A stretch of 64,000 nt of DNA from Verrucomicrobiota bacterium (GTDB taxonomy: Bacteria; Verrucomicrobiota; Verrucomicrobiia; Limisphaerales; CANJSG01), in contig JBBQXJ010000009.1 in assembly GCA_038209745.1 (NCBI GenBank), forward strand, positions 1 through 64,000. Reading direction: 5' to 3'. Positions 7,732-17,502 of the stretch are shown piece by piece. The translations under genes and the position numbers were made by a program. Position 1 is the first letter of the stretch. Each line of letters opens with the position of its first letter. The notes under the pieces were generated by a model that saw nothing but the letters and a program-made list of their open reading frames with translations, was not told where the DNA came from and searched no databases.

Positions 7732-9275
7732 AATCCAAGCGGCCGCTGCACCCGCTGGCCCGGCTCGACCACGCCCACGTCTGGCATCCGTTCACGCAGA
7801 TGCGCGACTGGCTGAAGGACGAGCCGTTGGTCCTCGTTTCAGGAAAAGGCGCCGTGCTCACCGACGTCCACGGCCGCGAGTTTCTCGATGCCAATTCCTC
7901 GATCTGGACGAATCTCCACGGCCACGCCCATCCCAAGATCAACGCCGCCATCCAGCGGCAGCTTCGGAAGGTGGCGCACACATCGGCGCTGGGCTTCGCG
8001 AACGAGCCCGCAAGCCTGTTGGCGGAACGCTTGGTGATGCTGGCGAAGATGCCGGATGCCCGATCAGCGGAAGGACGCTCTGCCAACGAAGGCCCAACCG
8101 GCATCCGGCATCCGGCATCCGGCACCAGCGCCCCTTCCCTCCCGAAAGTCTTCTTCTCCGACGACGGTTCAACCGCGCTGGAGGTCGCGCTCAAGCTCGC
8201 CCACCAGTTCACCCTCCGCACCAGAGGCGTGAAGAAGCCGCGCTTCCTGACCCTGTCCGGCGCGTATCACGGCGACACCATCGGCGCCGTCAGCCTCGGC
8301 CACATCGACCTCTTCCACAAAGCCTACGCCGGCCTGCTGTTCAAGGCGGACGCGGTCATGTCGCCCTATTGCTATCGGTGCCCGTTCAACCGCGCCAAAC
8401 CCGAGCGCGCCGACGCCCGCACCTACCGCAAGTGCGGCTGGGAATGCGTCGGCAAGGTGGAGCAACGCTTCGCCCTAGCGACGCGGGCCGGCAAGCCCAT
8501 CAGCGCCTTCAGCTACGAACCCCGGATGCAGGGCGCCGCCGGAATGATTCCCCAGCCGGAAGGCTGGCTCGGGCGCGTGGCCGAGATCGCCCGCAGCCAT
8601 GATGCCCTTCTCATCGCCGACGAAGTGATGACCGGCTTCGGGCGCGCCGTGGGCCGGGCCTCCCTGCCCAGCCAGTCCGCCACCGGAGAATTGCCGGGCA
8701 CGGAGGCCCGGCCTATGGGGCTCTTCGCCAGCCATCAAGAGGGCGTTCAGCCCGACTTCCTCTGCCTCGCGAAGGGCCTGACCGGCGGCTACCTGCCCAT
8801 GGCCGCCACCCTGACCACGCAGGCCGTTTTTGACGCATTCCTCGGCGACTACACCGAATTCAAATCCTTCTTCCACGGGCACAGCTTCACCGGCAACCAA
8901 CTCGGAGCCGCCGCCGCGCTCGCCAGCCTGGACCTGCTCGCAGGAGACAAATCCCTCCAAGCCCGCACTCGATTGGAGACCGCCCTGCGGACCGAGCTGA
9001 CGAGCCTTTGGGAATCCCCCTTCGTCGGCGACATCCGGCAAGTCGGACTCGTGGCCGGCGTCGAGCTGGTGAAGGACTGGCGGACCCGCGAACCGTTTCC
9101 CTCGGAAGCCCGGGCCGGCATCCGCGTCTGTGAAGCCATGGCGAAACGCGGCGTCCTGACCCGCCCCGTCGGCGGCGTCATCGTGCTCATGCCGCCCTAT
9201 TGCACCACGCCCAAGCAAGTCCGCCACATGGCGACCGCCCTCCGGGAATCGATCGAGGAAGTCCTCAGCGAATAA
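7719..9275 (+). CDS. bioA: Adenosylmethionine-8-amino-7-oxononanoate aminotransferase
   Basis: Start at MAKLKSK overlapping the bioF end; HVWHPFTQM, FFSDDGSTALEVALK, YHGDTIGA, IADEVMTGFGR, AKGLTGGYLP, HGHSFTGN. Confidence 0.95.
   Translation: MAKLKSKRPLHPLARLDHAHVWHPFTQMRDWLKDEPLVLVSGKGAVLTDVHGREFLDANSSIWTNLHGHAHPKINAAIQRQLRKVAHTSALGFANEPASLLAERLVMLAKMPDARSAEGRSANEGPTGIRHPASGTSAPSLPKVFFSDDGSTALEVALKLAHQFTLRTRGVKKPRFLTLSGAYHGDTIGAVSLGHIDLFHKAYAGLLFKADAVMSPYCYRCPFNRAKPERADARTYRKCGWECVGKVEQRFALATRAGKPISAFSYEPRMQGAAGMIPQPEGWLGRVAEIARSHDALLIADEVMTGFGRAVGRASLPSQSATGELPGTEARPMGLFASHQEGVQPDFLCLAKGLTGGYLPMAATLTTQAVFDAFLGDYTEFKSFFHGHSFTGNQLGAAAALASLDLLAGDKSLQARTRLETALRTELTSLWESPFVGDIRQVGLVAGVELVKDWRTREPFPSEARAGIRVCEAMAKRGVLTRPVGGVIVLMPPYCTTPKQVRHMATALRESIEEVLSE
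8048..8125. repeat. 7-bp tandem/inverted repeat hairpin inside bioA
   Basis: GATGCCG GATGCCC ... (CCGGCAT)x3 CCGGCAC; in frame MPDARSAEGRSANEGPTGIRHPASGT. Confidence 0.75.
8648..8717. repeat. GTAG-type REP-like palindrome inside bioA
   Basis: CGTGGGCCGGGCCTCCCTGCCC...GGGCACGGAGGCCCGGCCTATG, 70 nt; in frame VGRASLPSQSATGELPGTEARPM. Confidence 0.8.
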
Positions 9276-9477
9276 CACCGTCTCTTCGCTCAACCATCCG
9301 CCGCTCTTCGAGCACCCGTCAGGACGACCATGGCCGCATCGATGCGGTTCACGAGGGCGGAATCCCTCTCGGCTCGACCTCCGAATCGAGGCGATCCACT
9401 TGTCAGAAAAAGCAAACGACCTGGATGAACCTTCGCCGCATTGGACAGGCGGCCGGGAATGAGGATGATCGCGCCGC

Positions 9478-11070
9478 ATGCATCCGTTCGACTGTCTCGT
9501 GCTCGGCAGCGGCATCGCCGGCCTGTCCTTCGCGCTCAAAGCCGCCGAACGCGGCCGCGTGGCCATCATCACGAAGAAGAGCCGCGCCGATTCGAACACG
9601 AACTGGGCGCAGGGCGGCATCGCCGCCGTCACGAGCAAGGAGGACTCCCTGGAAATGCACGTCGCCGATACGCTCGTCGCCGGCGCCGGACTTTGCCGTG
9701 AGGACGTGGTGCGGACGATCATCTCCGAGGGTCCCGCCCGCATCCAGGACCTGATCGCGTTGGGCATGAAGTTTTCCGAACGCGAGTTCAACGGCACCCG
9801 CGAGCTGGATCTGGGCAAGGAAGGCGGCCACTCCAAACGCCGGATCCTCCACGCCAAGGACATGACCGGGCGCGAGATCGAGTCCGCCCTCCTCCAGGCC
9901 GTCGCCCGCAATCCAAACATCGAGGTGCTGGAGAACCATCTGGCCATCGATCTGATCACCACCCAGAAGCTCGGTCTGGACGGTGAGAACCGCTGCGTGG
10001 GCGTCTACGTGTTCAACGTCCTGACCGGGATGGTGGAAACCTATTCGGCGGCCGACGTGGTGCTGGCCACCGGCGGCTGCGGCAAGGTCTATCTCTACAC
10101 GACCAATCCCGACATCGCGACGGGCGACGGCGTGGCCATGGCGTATCGCGCGGGGGCGACCATCGCGAACATGGAGTTCGTGCAGTTCCATCCCACGTGC
10201 CTGTTCGACCGGCGCGCGAAGTCGTTTCTCATCAGCGAAGCCGTGCGGGGCGAAGGCGCCCGGCTTTTGGGCGGGGATCGGGAACCCTTCATGCAACGCT
10301 ACGACGCGCGACTGGAGCTGGCTCCGCGCGACATCGTCGCCCGCGCCATCGACAGCGAGATGAAGCGGACCGGGGCCGAGCACGTCTGGCTGGACATCAC
10401 CCACAAGCCCGCGCGGTTCATCATCGACCGCTTCCCGACGATCTACGAAACGTGCCTCCGTTTCGGCTTGGACATCACCAAGGATCCGATACCGGTCGTG
10501 CCGGCCGCGCACTATCAATGCGGCGGCGTGCGGACGAACCTCGACGGCGAGACGGATCTTCCCGGTCTCTACGCCATCGGCGAGGTCGCCTGCACAGGGC
10601 TGCACGGAGCGAACCGTCTCGCCAGCAACAGCCTGCTGGAGGGTCTCGTCTGCGCCCATCGCGCCGCCCTGCGAATCGCGGCGTTGTCCGCGAAACCTTT
10701 CAAAGGAAGCATCCCCCTCTGGCAATCCGGCCACGCCAGCAATGCCGACGAATCGGTCGTGGTCTCGCACAACTGGGACGAGATCCGGCGTTTGATGTGG
10801 GACTACGTGGGCATTGTCCGCACGAACAAGCGCCTCCAACGTGCGGCCAAGCGCATCGCCAATCTCCAGGAGGAGATCCAGGAATATTACTGGGACTTCA
10901 TCGTCACGGCCGATCTGCTGGAGCTGCGCAACATCGCGACCGTGGCCGCGCTGATCGTGGCCTGCGCGGCGAAGCGGCCGGAGAGCCGCGGCCTCCACTA
11001 CAACCTCGACTACCCCGATCTGGATCCGGCCTGGGCCCAGAAGGACACGGCGATCCGGAGAGACTCCTGA
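9478..11070 (+). CDS. nadB: L-aspartate oxidase
   Basis: [71 protein letters not shown]. Confidence 0.96.
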   Translation: MHPFDCLVLGSGIAGLSFALKAAERGRVAIITKKSRADSNTNWAQGGIAAVTSKEDSLEMHVADTLVAGAGLCREDVVRTIISEGPARIQDLIALGMKFSEREFNGTRELDLGKEGGHSKRRILHAKDMTGREIESALLQAVARNPNIEVLENHLAIDLITTQKLGLDGENRCVGVYVFNVLTGMVETYSAADVVLATGGCGKVYLYTTNPDIATGDGVAMAYRAGATIANMEFVQFHPTCLFDRRAKSFLISEAVRGEGARLLGGDREPFMQRYDARLELAPRDIVARAIDSEMKRTGAEHVWLDITHKPARFIIDRFPTIYETCLRFGLDITKDPIPVVPAAHYQCGGVRTNLDGETDLPGLYAIGEVACTGLHGANRLASNSLLEGLVCAHRAALRIAALSAKPFKGSIPLWQSGHASNADESVVVSHNWDEIRRLMWDYVGIVRTNKRLQRAAKRIANLQEEIQEYYWDFIVTADLLELRNIATVAALIVACAAKRPESRGLHYNLDYPDLDPAWAQKDTAIRRDS

Positions 11071-11086
11071 TTCCAACCGCCGCCGA

Positions 11087-11983
11087 TCATTTTTTGAGGC
11101 GGCTGGTGGCCCGGTGCTGGATCCAGGATATGTCCTGGTTCCCCGGGGAGGGCTGGGGGCCCTTGTCGCAGAGATCCATGGTGCCGCGAGCGATCTTCGG
11201 CATGGTGCGGTTGTCCTCCCAACGCTTGATCTCGGAGTGCCCATCGACGAACGAAAACCCGCCCGCGCGATGGTGGTAGGACGCCGGATAGTCGCAGGTG
11301 AACCGCCATTTGCCGGGAGCTCTCGGGGAGAAGCCTTCCATGTCGGTGTAGTAGTTGCCCCAGTTGATCGAGTCCTCGCGCATGTCGAGGAACAGCCACG
11401 CTCCCGAAGGCGACGGATCGACGATGTCGGCGCGCTTCAGGAAGACCCGGTAGTTCGGATCCATATAGCTGGCATAGTCGCCACCGAAGCCCCCGATCCA
11501 GAGGTTCATGGAAATGCTGCGGACCCGCGGCTGCTCCGTTCCTTTCTTGGGACCGAAGGCGGGCGTGACGGTCGACCAATCGGCCGGGCAGCGGTAGATC
11601 GCGGCATTGGGCGCGTAACGCCAGAGGAGACCAGGCTTGATGTCGATGTCGGGATTCCAGTTCGACTCCCGCAACCCGTCGTAGTCGATCTCGTTCAACG
11701 ACCAGACAAAAGGGTTCAGATCGGGCCGCGCCGGATCCCTGCTGGCGAACGGCACCCAGTCGCGGTTGTCGTCGACATACATGTTCCAGGCCATCATGAG
11801 CTGGCGGTGGTTGTTCATGCACTGGACGCTCTGGGCGCGCTGCTTCACCTTGGAGATCCCCGGCAGAAGCAATGAGGCCAGGACGGCGATGATGGCAATG
11901 ACCACCAACAGCTCCACCAGGGTGAATCCGGCCGACAGTTGCCTCCGTTGTTCGTCGCACGGATTGGAAGTCGAACGGAGCAT
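11087..11983 (-). CDS. Prepilin-type N-terminal cleavage/methylation protein with H-X9-DG motif
   Basis: GFTLVELLVVIAIIAVLASLLLP, CMNNHRQL, YPASYHHRAGGFSFVDGH. Confidence 0.9.
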   Translation of the reverse strand: MLRSTSNPCDEQRRQLSAGFTLVELLVVIAIIAVLASLLLPGISKVKQRAQSVQCMNNHRQLMMAWNMYVDDNRDWVPFASRDPARPDLNPFVWSLNEIDYDGLRESNWNPDIDIKPGLLWRYAPNAAIYRCPADWSTVTPAFGPKKGTEQPRVRSISMNLWIGGFGGDYASYMDPNYRVFLKRADIVDPSPSGAWLFLDMREDSINWGNYYTDMEGFSPRAPGKWRFTCDYPASYHHRAGGFSFVDGHSEIKRWEDNRTMPKIARGTMDLCDKGPQPSPGNQDISWIQHRATSRLKK

Positions 11984-11998
11984 GATAGCAAACTTGGT

Positions 11999-12514
11999 TC
12001 AGTAGTCGTAGAGACCACCGTCCCGCGAATACGCGCCGCCACCGCCGCCACCGCCTCTTTCTCCCTCGGGTCCTCCCATGAAGTCGCCGAGAAGATCGCC
12101 CATGTCCGCCTCGATCTTTTCCGGATCCTCGCCGGCTTCGAGTCGCTTGATGGCGATGTCCATTTCCTTGGGCATGGTCCCGGGCGGCATGACCTCTTTC
12201 ATCTTCTTCATCATGTGGGCCATGTGGCGCGGGTTGTTCTCGTCGAGGTGCTCCATGTCGCGCTCGAGTTCCCCCATCACCTTCTCGATGCGGGGATCGT
12301 CCATGTCGGGCATCGGCGGACCGCCCATGTCGTCGCCGGCCGGGGCCGCTTTCGGCTCGGCCATCCCCTTGATCATGGCGAATCGGCTGATCTCCTTGGA
12401 CAGCTTCTTGTTGCCGCACTTGGGACACGCCGGGACGTGGTCCGGGTTGATGCGCTTGGACAAGAAGCTGAAAATCTTGCGGCACTTCGGACAGGCAAAT
12501 TCGTAGATCGGCAT
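11999..12514 (-). CDS. FmdB-family zinc-ribbon protein
   Basis: Start MPIYEFACPKC...CPKCGNKKL; Met/acidic helical C-terminal part. Confidence 0.85.
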   Translation of the reverse strand: MPIYEFACPKCRKIFSFLSKRINPDHVPACPKCGNKKLSKEISRFAMIKGMAEPKAAPAGDDMGGPPMPDMDDPRIEKVMGELERDMEHLDENNPRHMAHMMKKMKEVMPPGTMPKEMDIAIKRLEAGEDPEKIEADMGDLLGDFMGGPEGERGGGGGGGAYSRDGGLYDY

Positions 12515-12696
12515 CGTATGATGGTTTTGTCGGTTTCTTATGCTCCGGGCCGTGGGCGAGCGCAAGTGGCGGGAGGGTGTGCTTCCGGATGACCGGATGG
12601 AAGGAGGGACCTGACGGAGGAGGCTTTCTTAACCCATCGGAACGTCCACGCGCGAGAACGCGAGTGGGCACCGACCCAGAGAGGGAAGAAGCCGGT

Positions 12697-13066
12697 TCAG
12701 CCTTCCGGCTGCACGGGTATGATCGTGGTTGCCCGAAGGTTTTGCGGGACGTGCAGCCGGAAGAACCGCTGCGGTGCTCCGGCACCGACCGTAATGGCCA
12801 CGTTGAACCGGCCCGAGCCGTCGAACCTGCCGCTGGATCCGACCGACCAAGAGGCCATCGTCGACATGGAAGCGAGGCCGCGGACCAAAACGACGGAGCC
12901 ACCCTCGATGCGAAGCGTGTCGTCCGTCGCCAGAGTGGACGTGACCCAGTCGAGGCCGGCAACGGGAAAGGTCGGGTTGCTCGCGGCCAGGCTTTCCGAG
13001 CAGCTACCGGCATTGGCAGTGATACCAACCCAGAGCAAGCAGCACACTTTTTTGACGGATTCTCAT
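12697..13066 (-). pseudogene. Probable remnant of a secreted Verrucomicrobia-type surface protein
   Basis: ATG at 13066 is out of frame across an A6 tract with the ORF 12697-13047, which has a signal-like start, AGLDWVTSTLATDDTLRI and GRFDGSGRFNV...PQRFFRLHVP. Confidence 0.45.
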
Positions 13067-13080
13067 GGAGATGGGTCGGG

Positions 13081-13134
13081 GTAGAACACCGGGAAAATGT
13101 CCACCCCGGCCATCCAAAGTCCGGCCCGGCCTAC
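13081..13134. repeat. Degenerate GTAG...CTAC element overlapping the panC stop
   Basis: Minus strand GTAGGCCGGGCCGG at 13134-13121 includes the panC TAG; GTAG at 13081 on the opposite side. Confidence 0.4.
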
Positions 13135-13991
13135 AACCGCGCGTTGTCGATCAGACGCGTCTCTCCGAAGAACACCGCCAGCGCGATCTGCATACCCGGG
13201 CGCACCCGCGTGCCACGCTGGAACGTCTCGGGATCGAAGAACTCCACGTAGTCCAGCCGGCCAGTCGAATGCCCAGCAACGAACTTCTCAACGCGCTTCC
13301 TCAGGCTTGCGGCAGTCATGGGTTTCGCCGCGACCCAATCCGACGCCTGCTGGAGGGCACGATGGAGGACCACGGCTTCGGCGCGTTGCGACAGGGTCAG
13401 GTATCGATTCCGCGAACTGAGAGCCAAGCCGTCGGACTCACGCGCTGTCGGGGCGACGACCAGTGCCACCGGGAAGTTCAAATCCTGCATCATCCGCCGG
13501 ACCACCGCAGCCTGCTGCCAATCCTTGGCGCCAAAGACGGCGACGTCCGGGAGGACAAGATTGAAGAGCTTCGCGACGACCGTTGTGACCCCTCTGAAAT
13601 GGGTCGGGCGGGAACTGCCCTCCATTCCCTGTGAGAGGAATTCCTCGACGACGTAGGTGCTGTAACGGCCCTCCGCTTTGCCTGGATACATTTCGGTGTC
13701 GGTCGGCAAAAAGACGGCATCGACCCCCGCCTCGCGGCAAAGTCGGCGGTCCCGGGCGAGGTCCCGTGGATAACTCGAAAGATCCTCGGCCGGACCAAAC
13801 TGAGTCGGGTTCACATAGATGCTGAGAACCACGACACCGGCGCGCCCCACCCGGCGACGGGCCTCATGCACCAGGCCGAGATGGCCGGAATGCAGATAGC
13901 CCATGGTGGGAACGAACCCGACCTTGCGGCCGGCCCGCTTCCACAAGAGAGCCTGCCGCTGCATGGCGGCTGTCGAAAGGATGATGCGCAC
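13131..13991 (-). CDS. panC: Pantoate-beta-alanine ligase
   Basis: GFVPTMGYLHSGH, SIYVNPTQF, RPTHFRGVTTVVAKLF, FGAKDWQQ, RESDGLALSSRN, RLIDN. Confidence 0.97.
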   Translation of the reverse strand: MRIILSTAAMQRQALLWKRAGRKVGFVPTMGYLHSGHLGLVHEARRRVGRAGVVVLSIYVNPTQFGPAEDLSSYPRDLARDRRLCREAGVDAVFLPTDTEMYPGKAEGRYSTYVVEEFLSQGMEGSSRPTHFRGVTTVVAKLFNLVLPDVAVFGAKDWQQAAVVRRMMQDLNFPVALVVAPTARESDGLALSSRNRYLTLSQRAEAVVLHRALQQASDWVAAKPMTAASLRKRVEKFVAGHSTGRLDYVEFFDPETFQRGTRVRPGMQIALAVFFGETRLIDNARL

Positions 13992-14088
13992 AGGAGAACG
14001 GTTTCAAACGAGGAGCTTCCCCGTCAATGAATGGCAGGATCCGGGACTTCTTTGACGGCCAGAACAGATCGGGTCGCACCCCTCCGGA

Positions 14089-15093
14089 TCAGAGCTGCCG
14101 GAGGAACTTCAGGTTGTTCTCGTAGAAGAGGCGGATGTCGTTGATGCCGCAGCGGAGCATGGCGATGCGCTCCACGCCGAACCCGAAGGCCCAGCCGCTC
14201 CAGACTTCCGGATCGTAGCCGACATTCTCGAACACCTGCGGATGCACCATGCCGCAGCCGGCGATCTCCAGCCATTCCTTGCCCATCTTCTTCACCAGAG
14301 CGTTCTGGAAATCGATCTCCAAACTCGGCTCGGTGTAGCTGAAATAGTGGGGACGAAAACGAATCCTGGTGTCGGAGCCCATGAGCTCCTTGAAAACGAA
14401 TTCGACGGTGCCCTTCAGGTCGCCCACGGTGACGTTCTTGTCCACGTAGAGGCCCTCGATCTGGTTGAAGGTCGGATTGTGCGTGGCGTCGGCGTTGTCG
14501 CGGCGGAAGACGCGGCCGGGAACAACGATGCGGATCGGCGGCGGCTGGGACTTCATCACGCGGATCTGCACGGAGGAAGTGTGCGTGCGTAGCAGAGGCC
14601 GCTTGGGCGTATCGACGTAGAACGTGTCCTGGGTGTCGCGGGCCGGATGGTCGGCGGGGGTGTTGAGGGCGTCGAAGCAGTGATATTCGTCCTCGATCTC
14701 CGGCCCGTCGGCGACGGCGAAACCGAGCTTCCTAAAAGCGCGGACGATATCCTCCACCGTCTGGGTCAGCGGGTGGAGCTTGCCGACCAAGCGGCGCCGG
14801 CCGGGCAGCGTGAAATCGTTCGCCTCCTTCGGCATGGCAGCCTTGAGCTCCAGTTCCCCGCGACGCTCGGCAAGCTTCGCTTCAAGCTCGGCCTTGGCCA
14901 CATTGATGAGCTTGCCGGCGGCGGGCTTTTCTTCCCTGGGCAAGGTGCCCAGCTGCTTGAGCAACACGGTGAACCTCCCGTTGCCGCCAAGAAAGGCGAT
15001 CTTCACCTGCTCCAATGCCCCAAGATCCGTGGCAGCGCTAAACTCGGTCAAGGCGGCCTGCTTCAAGGGCTCGATCTGGTCCAAAATCGTCAT
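14089..15093 (-). CDS. pheS: Phenylalanine-tRNA ligase alpha subunit
   Basis: Start MTILDQ; HPARDTQDTF, LRTHTSSVQIR, GRVFRRD, FRPHYFSYTEPS, EIAGCGMVHP, FGFGVERIAML. Confidence 0.97.
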   Translation of the reverse strand: MTILDQIEPLKQAALTEFSAATDLGALEQVKIAFLGGNGRFTVLLKQLGTLPREEKPAAGKLINVAKAELEAKLAERRGELELKAAMPKEANDFTLPGRRRLVGKLHPLTQTVEDIVRAFRKLGFAVADGPEIEDEYHCFDALNTPADHPARDTQDTFYVDTPKRPLLRTHTSSVQIRVMKSQPPPIRIVVPGRVFRRDNADATHNPTFNQIEGLYVDKNVTVGDLKGTVEFVFKELMGSDTRIRFRPHYFSYTEPSLEIDFQNALVKKMGKEWLEIAGCGMVHPQVFENVGYDPEVWSGWAFGFGVERIAMLRCGINDIRLFYENNLKFLRQL

Positions 15094-15232
15094 ATCCGTA
15101 GGCGGGAGAACGTAGGAAACGGCCGGAACGATGGATAGAGAAAAGGAGGATCCCGGTTCCGAAAAATAAGCCCTTGGCCCGGCTCCTTGCTCAACCGCCC
15201 CTGCCCCGGTCCAACCCGTCTCCAAGGATCCA

Positions 15233-15268
15233 GAAAGGAGAAAAGGCAGCCCGAAAACGGGCTGCCTT
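15233..15268 (-). terminator. Rho-independent terminator after rplT
   Basis: GGCAGCCCG-TTTT-CGGGCTGCC hairpin followed by TTTTCTCCTTT on the minus strand. Confidence 0.75.
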
Positions 15269-15291
15269 CTTCGAACCGTTGAGCGGACAGC

Positions 15292-15672
15292 CTAGGCCTT
15301 GACCGCTGCGGCCGTCTTGGACACGAGCGCGTTCTTCGCGATGGTGACGAGCTCGGAAAATGCGGCTGCGTCCTGCGCGGCCAGATCGGCGATGATTTTG
15401 CGATCCAAGCCTATGCTGGCGGCCTTCATGCCTTCCATGAAACGGCTGTAGGTCATGCCGGCAGCACGGGCAGCGGCATTGATGCGGATCTGCCAAAGAT
15501 AGCGGAAGGTGCGCTTCTTCACCTTACGATCACGGTAGGCATACTGCAGGCCGTGGTCGACGGCGTCTGCGGCGTAGCGGTAGAGCTTGGACCGGCGCAT
15601 CCGGTAGCCCTTGGCCGCGTTCAGCACTCTCTTACGGCGGGCCCGCGAGGCGGGAGAATTGGTAACACGCAT
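15292..15672 (-). CDS. rplT: 50S ribosomal protein L20
   Basis: AKGYRMRRS, YAYRDRKVKKRTFRYLWQIRINAAAR, LDRKIIADLA. Confidence 0.97.
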   Translation of the reverse strand: MRVTNSPASRARRKRVLNAAKGYRMRRSKLYRYAADAVDHGLQYAYRDRKVKKRTFRYLWQIRINAAARAAGMTYSRFMEGMKAASIGLDRKIIADLAAQDAAAFSELVTIAKNALVSKTAAAVKA

Positions 15673-15709
15673 AGGTCAGTAGCAGTCAGGGTGTGGAATC
15701 AGCTTCGGC

Positions 15710-15919
15710 TCAGCGGGTGAACGGCAAGCACTGGAGGACCTTATAGACATCGGTCTTGTCCACGAGCACCCGGCTGCCGAGTCTACGGCGGCGTTTGGAG
15801 CTCTTGCCTTGGAGCAAATGACGCCGTCCAGCCATGGAACGGAGCACTTTGCCGGTGCCGGTAATCTTGAACCGCTTGGCCACCGACTTCTTGGTTTTGA
15901 TGCCTTTCGGACGTCGCAT
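15710..15919 (-). CDS. rpmI: 50S ribosomal protein L35
   Basis: KTKKSVAKRFKITGTGKV...RRHLLQGKSSKRRRRL; upstream of rplT. Confidence 0.95.
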   Translation of the reverse strand: MRRPKGIKTKKSVAKRFKITGTGKVLRSMAGRRHLLQGKSSKRRRRLGSRVLVDKTDVYKVLQCLPFTR

Positions 15920-16210
15920 AAAATTTGGCCTTTGTTTGAAAAGGAGCGCGGAATCTAGCAATCACCCCAATCGAGTGCAAGGGGGATTTGGAAAACTATT
16001 GGAGAAAGGCCTGCACGATCGATTGTTCTCCACCGTCCCTGCCGAAAGGAGGCTTAAATCCGCAAACCGTAGTCCAGCCGGTCAAACGTCACGATCTCGC
16101 ACACGCTTCGACCTAGACCGCACGCGGCCCAATCAAGGGCTTGCACCATGCTCCGGCAAACCTATGGTTGGACAGCGGAATGTTCCGCTTGGAATCCCGA
16201 CGACGCAGCT

Positions 16211-17482
16211 ATGAGCGAAACCCACAAGGTCTATTACTTCGACAACAACGCCACCACCCGGGTCGCTCCCGAGGTCGTGGACGCCATGATCCCGTTCCTC
16301 CGCGAAATGTGGGGCAATCCTTCCAGCGCCTATGCGTTCGGAGCCCAGGTGCACGGACATGTCGAAGCGGCCCGCGAACTGGTCGCCGCGCTGATCAACG
16401 CCGATCCCAAGGAGATCATCTTCACCAGTTGCGGCACCGAATCGAACAACTCCGCGATCCACAGCGCCCTTCTGACGAACCCCGCCAAGAGGCACGTCAT
16501 CACCACGGCCGTGGAACATTCGGCCAACATCAATTTCGGCGAATACCTCGAAAAACGCGGTTATGAGGTCACCTACCTCCCGGTGGATTCGGACGGCCAT
16601 CTCGATCTTGGGCTGCTCGACAAGTCGATCCGACCGGACACCGCGATTGTTTCCATCATGTGGGCCAACAACGAGACGGGCGTCATCTTCCCCATCGAAG
16701 AAATCGCGGCCATCTGCCGGAGCAAGGGCGTCCTCTGCCACACCGACGCGGTCCAGACACCCGGCAAGCTCAAGATCGATGTCCGGGCGTTGGGAGTGGA
16801 TTTCCTGAGCCTGTCCGCCCACAAGCTTAATGCTCCCAAGGGGATCGGCCTGCTCTACGTCAAGCGCCGGACCAAATATCAACCCTACGTCATCGGCGGC
16901 CATCAAGAGCGCGGGAAACGTGGTGGCACCGAGAACGTGGCCAACATCGTGGGGTTCGGTCGGGCGGCCCAGATCGCGCTGGCCACCCTCGACGATGAAA
17001 ACATCCGCGTCCGCGCTCTGCGCGACAAACTGGAGAACTTCATCCTCGCCAATATTCCCAATACCATCCGCAACGGAGCCAAAGAACCCCGGCTGCCGAA
17101 CACGACCAACATCTGCTTCGAGTTCGTGGAAGCCGAAGCGATTCTCCTCCTTCTGGACAAAGCCGGCATCTGCGCCAGTTCCGGTTCGGCCTGCACCACC
17201 GGATCGCTGGACCCTTCCCATGTGCTCAGCGCCATGGGCATTTCGCCGATGCGCGCACGCGGTTCGGTTCGCTTCAGCCTGGGGATCTACAACACGGATG
17301 AAGACGTCGACCACGTGATCAAGACGCTGCCCCCGATCATCGCGAGATTGCGCGCCATTTCGCCGTTGAACCCGACCCACCCCGACAACGATCAATACGA
17401 CATCGGGGCGGCCCGGGTGAAACACGAGAAGGACCTCGCCGAAGCCCTTGCCCAGGAAGAAACCACTCCGGTGGGCGCCTGA
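16211..17482 (+). CDS. Group I cysteine desulfurase (NifS/IscS-like)
   Basis: YFDNNATT, FTSCGTESNN, MWANNETG, HTDAVQ, SAHKLNAPKG, SSGSACTTG. Confidence 0.93.
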   Translation: MSETHKVYYFDNNATTRVAPEVVDAMIPFLREMWGNPSSAYAFGAQVHGHVEAARELVAALINADPKEIIFTSCGTESNNSAIHSALLTNPAKRHVITTAVEHSANINFGEYLEKRGYEVTYLPVDSDGHLDLGLLDKSIRPDTAIVSIMWANNETGVIFPIEEIAAICRSKGVLCHTDAVQTPGKLKIDVRALGVDFLSLSAHKLNAPKGIGLLYVKRRTKYQPYVIGGHQERGKRGGTENVANIVGFGRAAQIALATLDDENIRVRALRDKLENFILANIPNTIRNGAKEPRLPNTTNICFEFVEAEAILLLLDKAGICASSGSACTTGSLDPSHVLSAMGISPMRARGSVRFSLGIYNTDEDVDHVIKTLPPIIARLRAISPLNPTHPDNDQYDIGAARVKHEKDLAEALAQEETTPVGA

Positions 17483-17502
17483 TCGAATCCGTATTTGCCA
17501 TC

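Noticed and set aside
8098..8125. Tandem repeats as a possible CRISPR array
   Set aside because: 7-bp units without spacers; no cas genes in the window
9353..9379. GAGGG-CGGAAT-CCCTC stem resembling a tRNA T-arm, or a riboswitch upstream of nadB
   Set aside because: No TTC loop, cloverleaf or CCA end; no riboswitch consensus I can recognise
15920..16210. Absence of infC, or an L20 leader, upstream of rpmI
   Set aside because: Separation of infC from rpmI-rplT is not rare, and no leader structure could be supported
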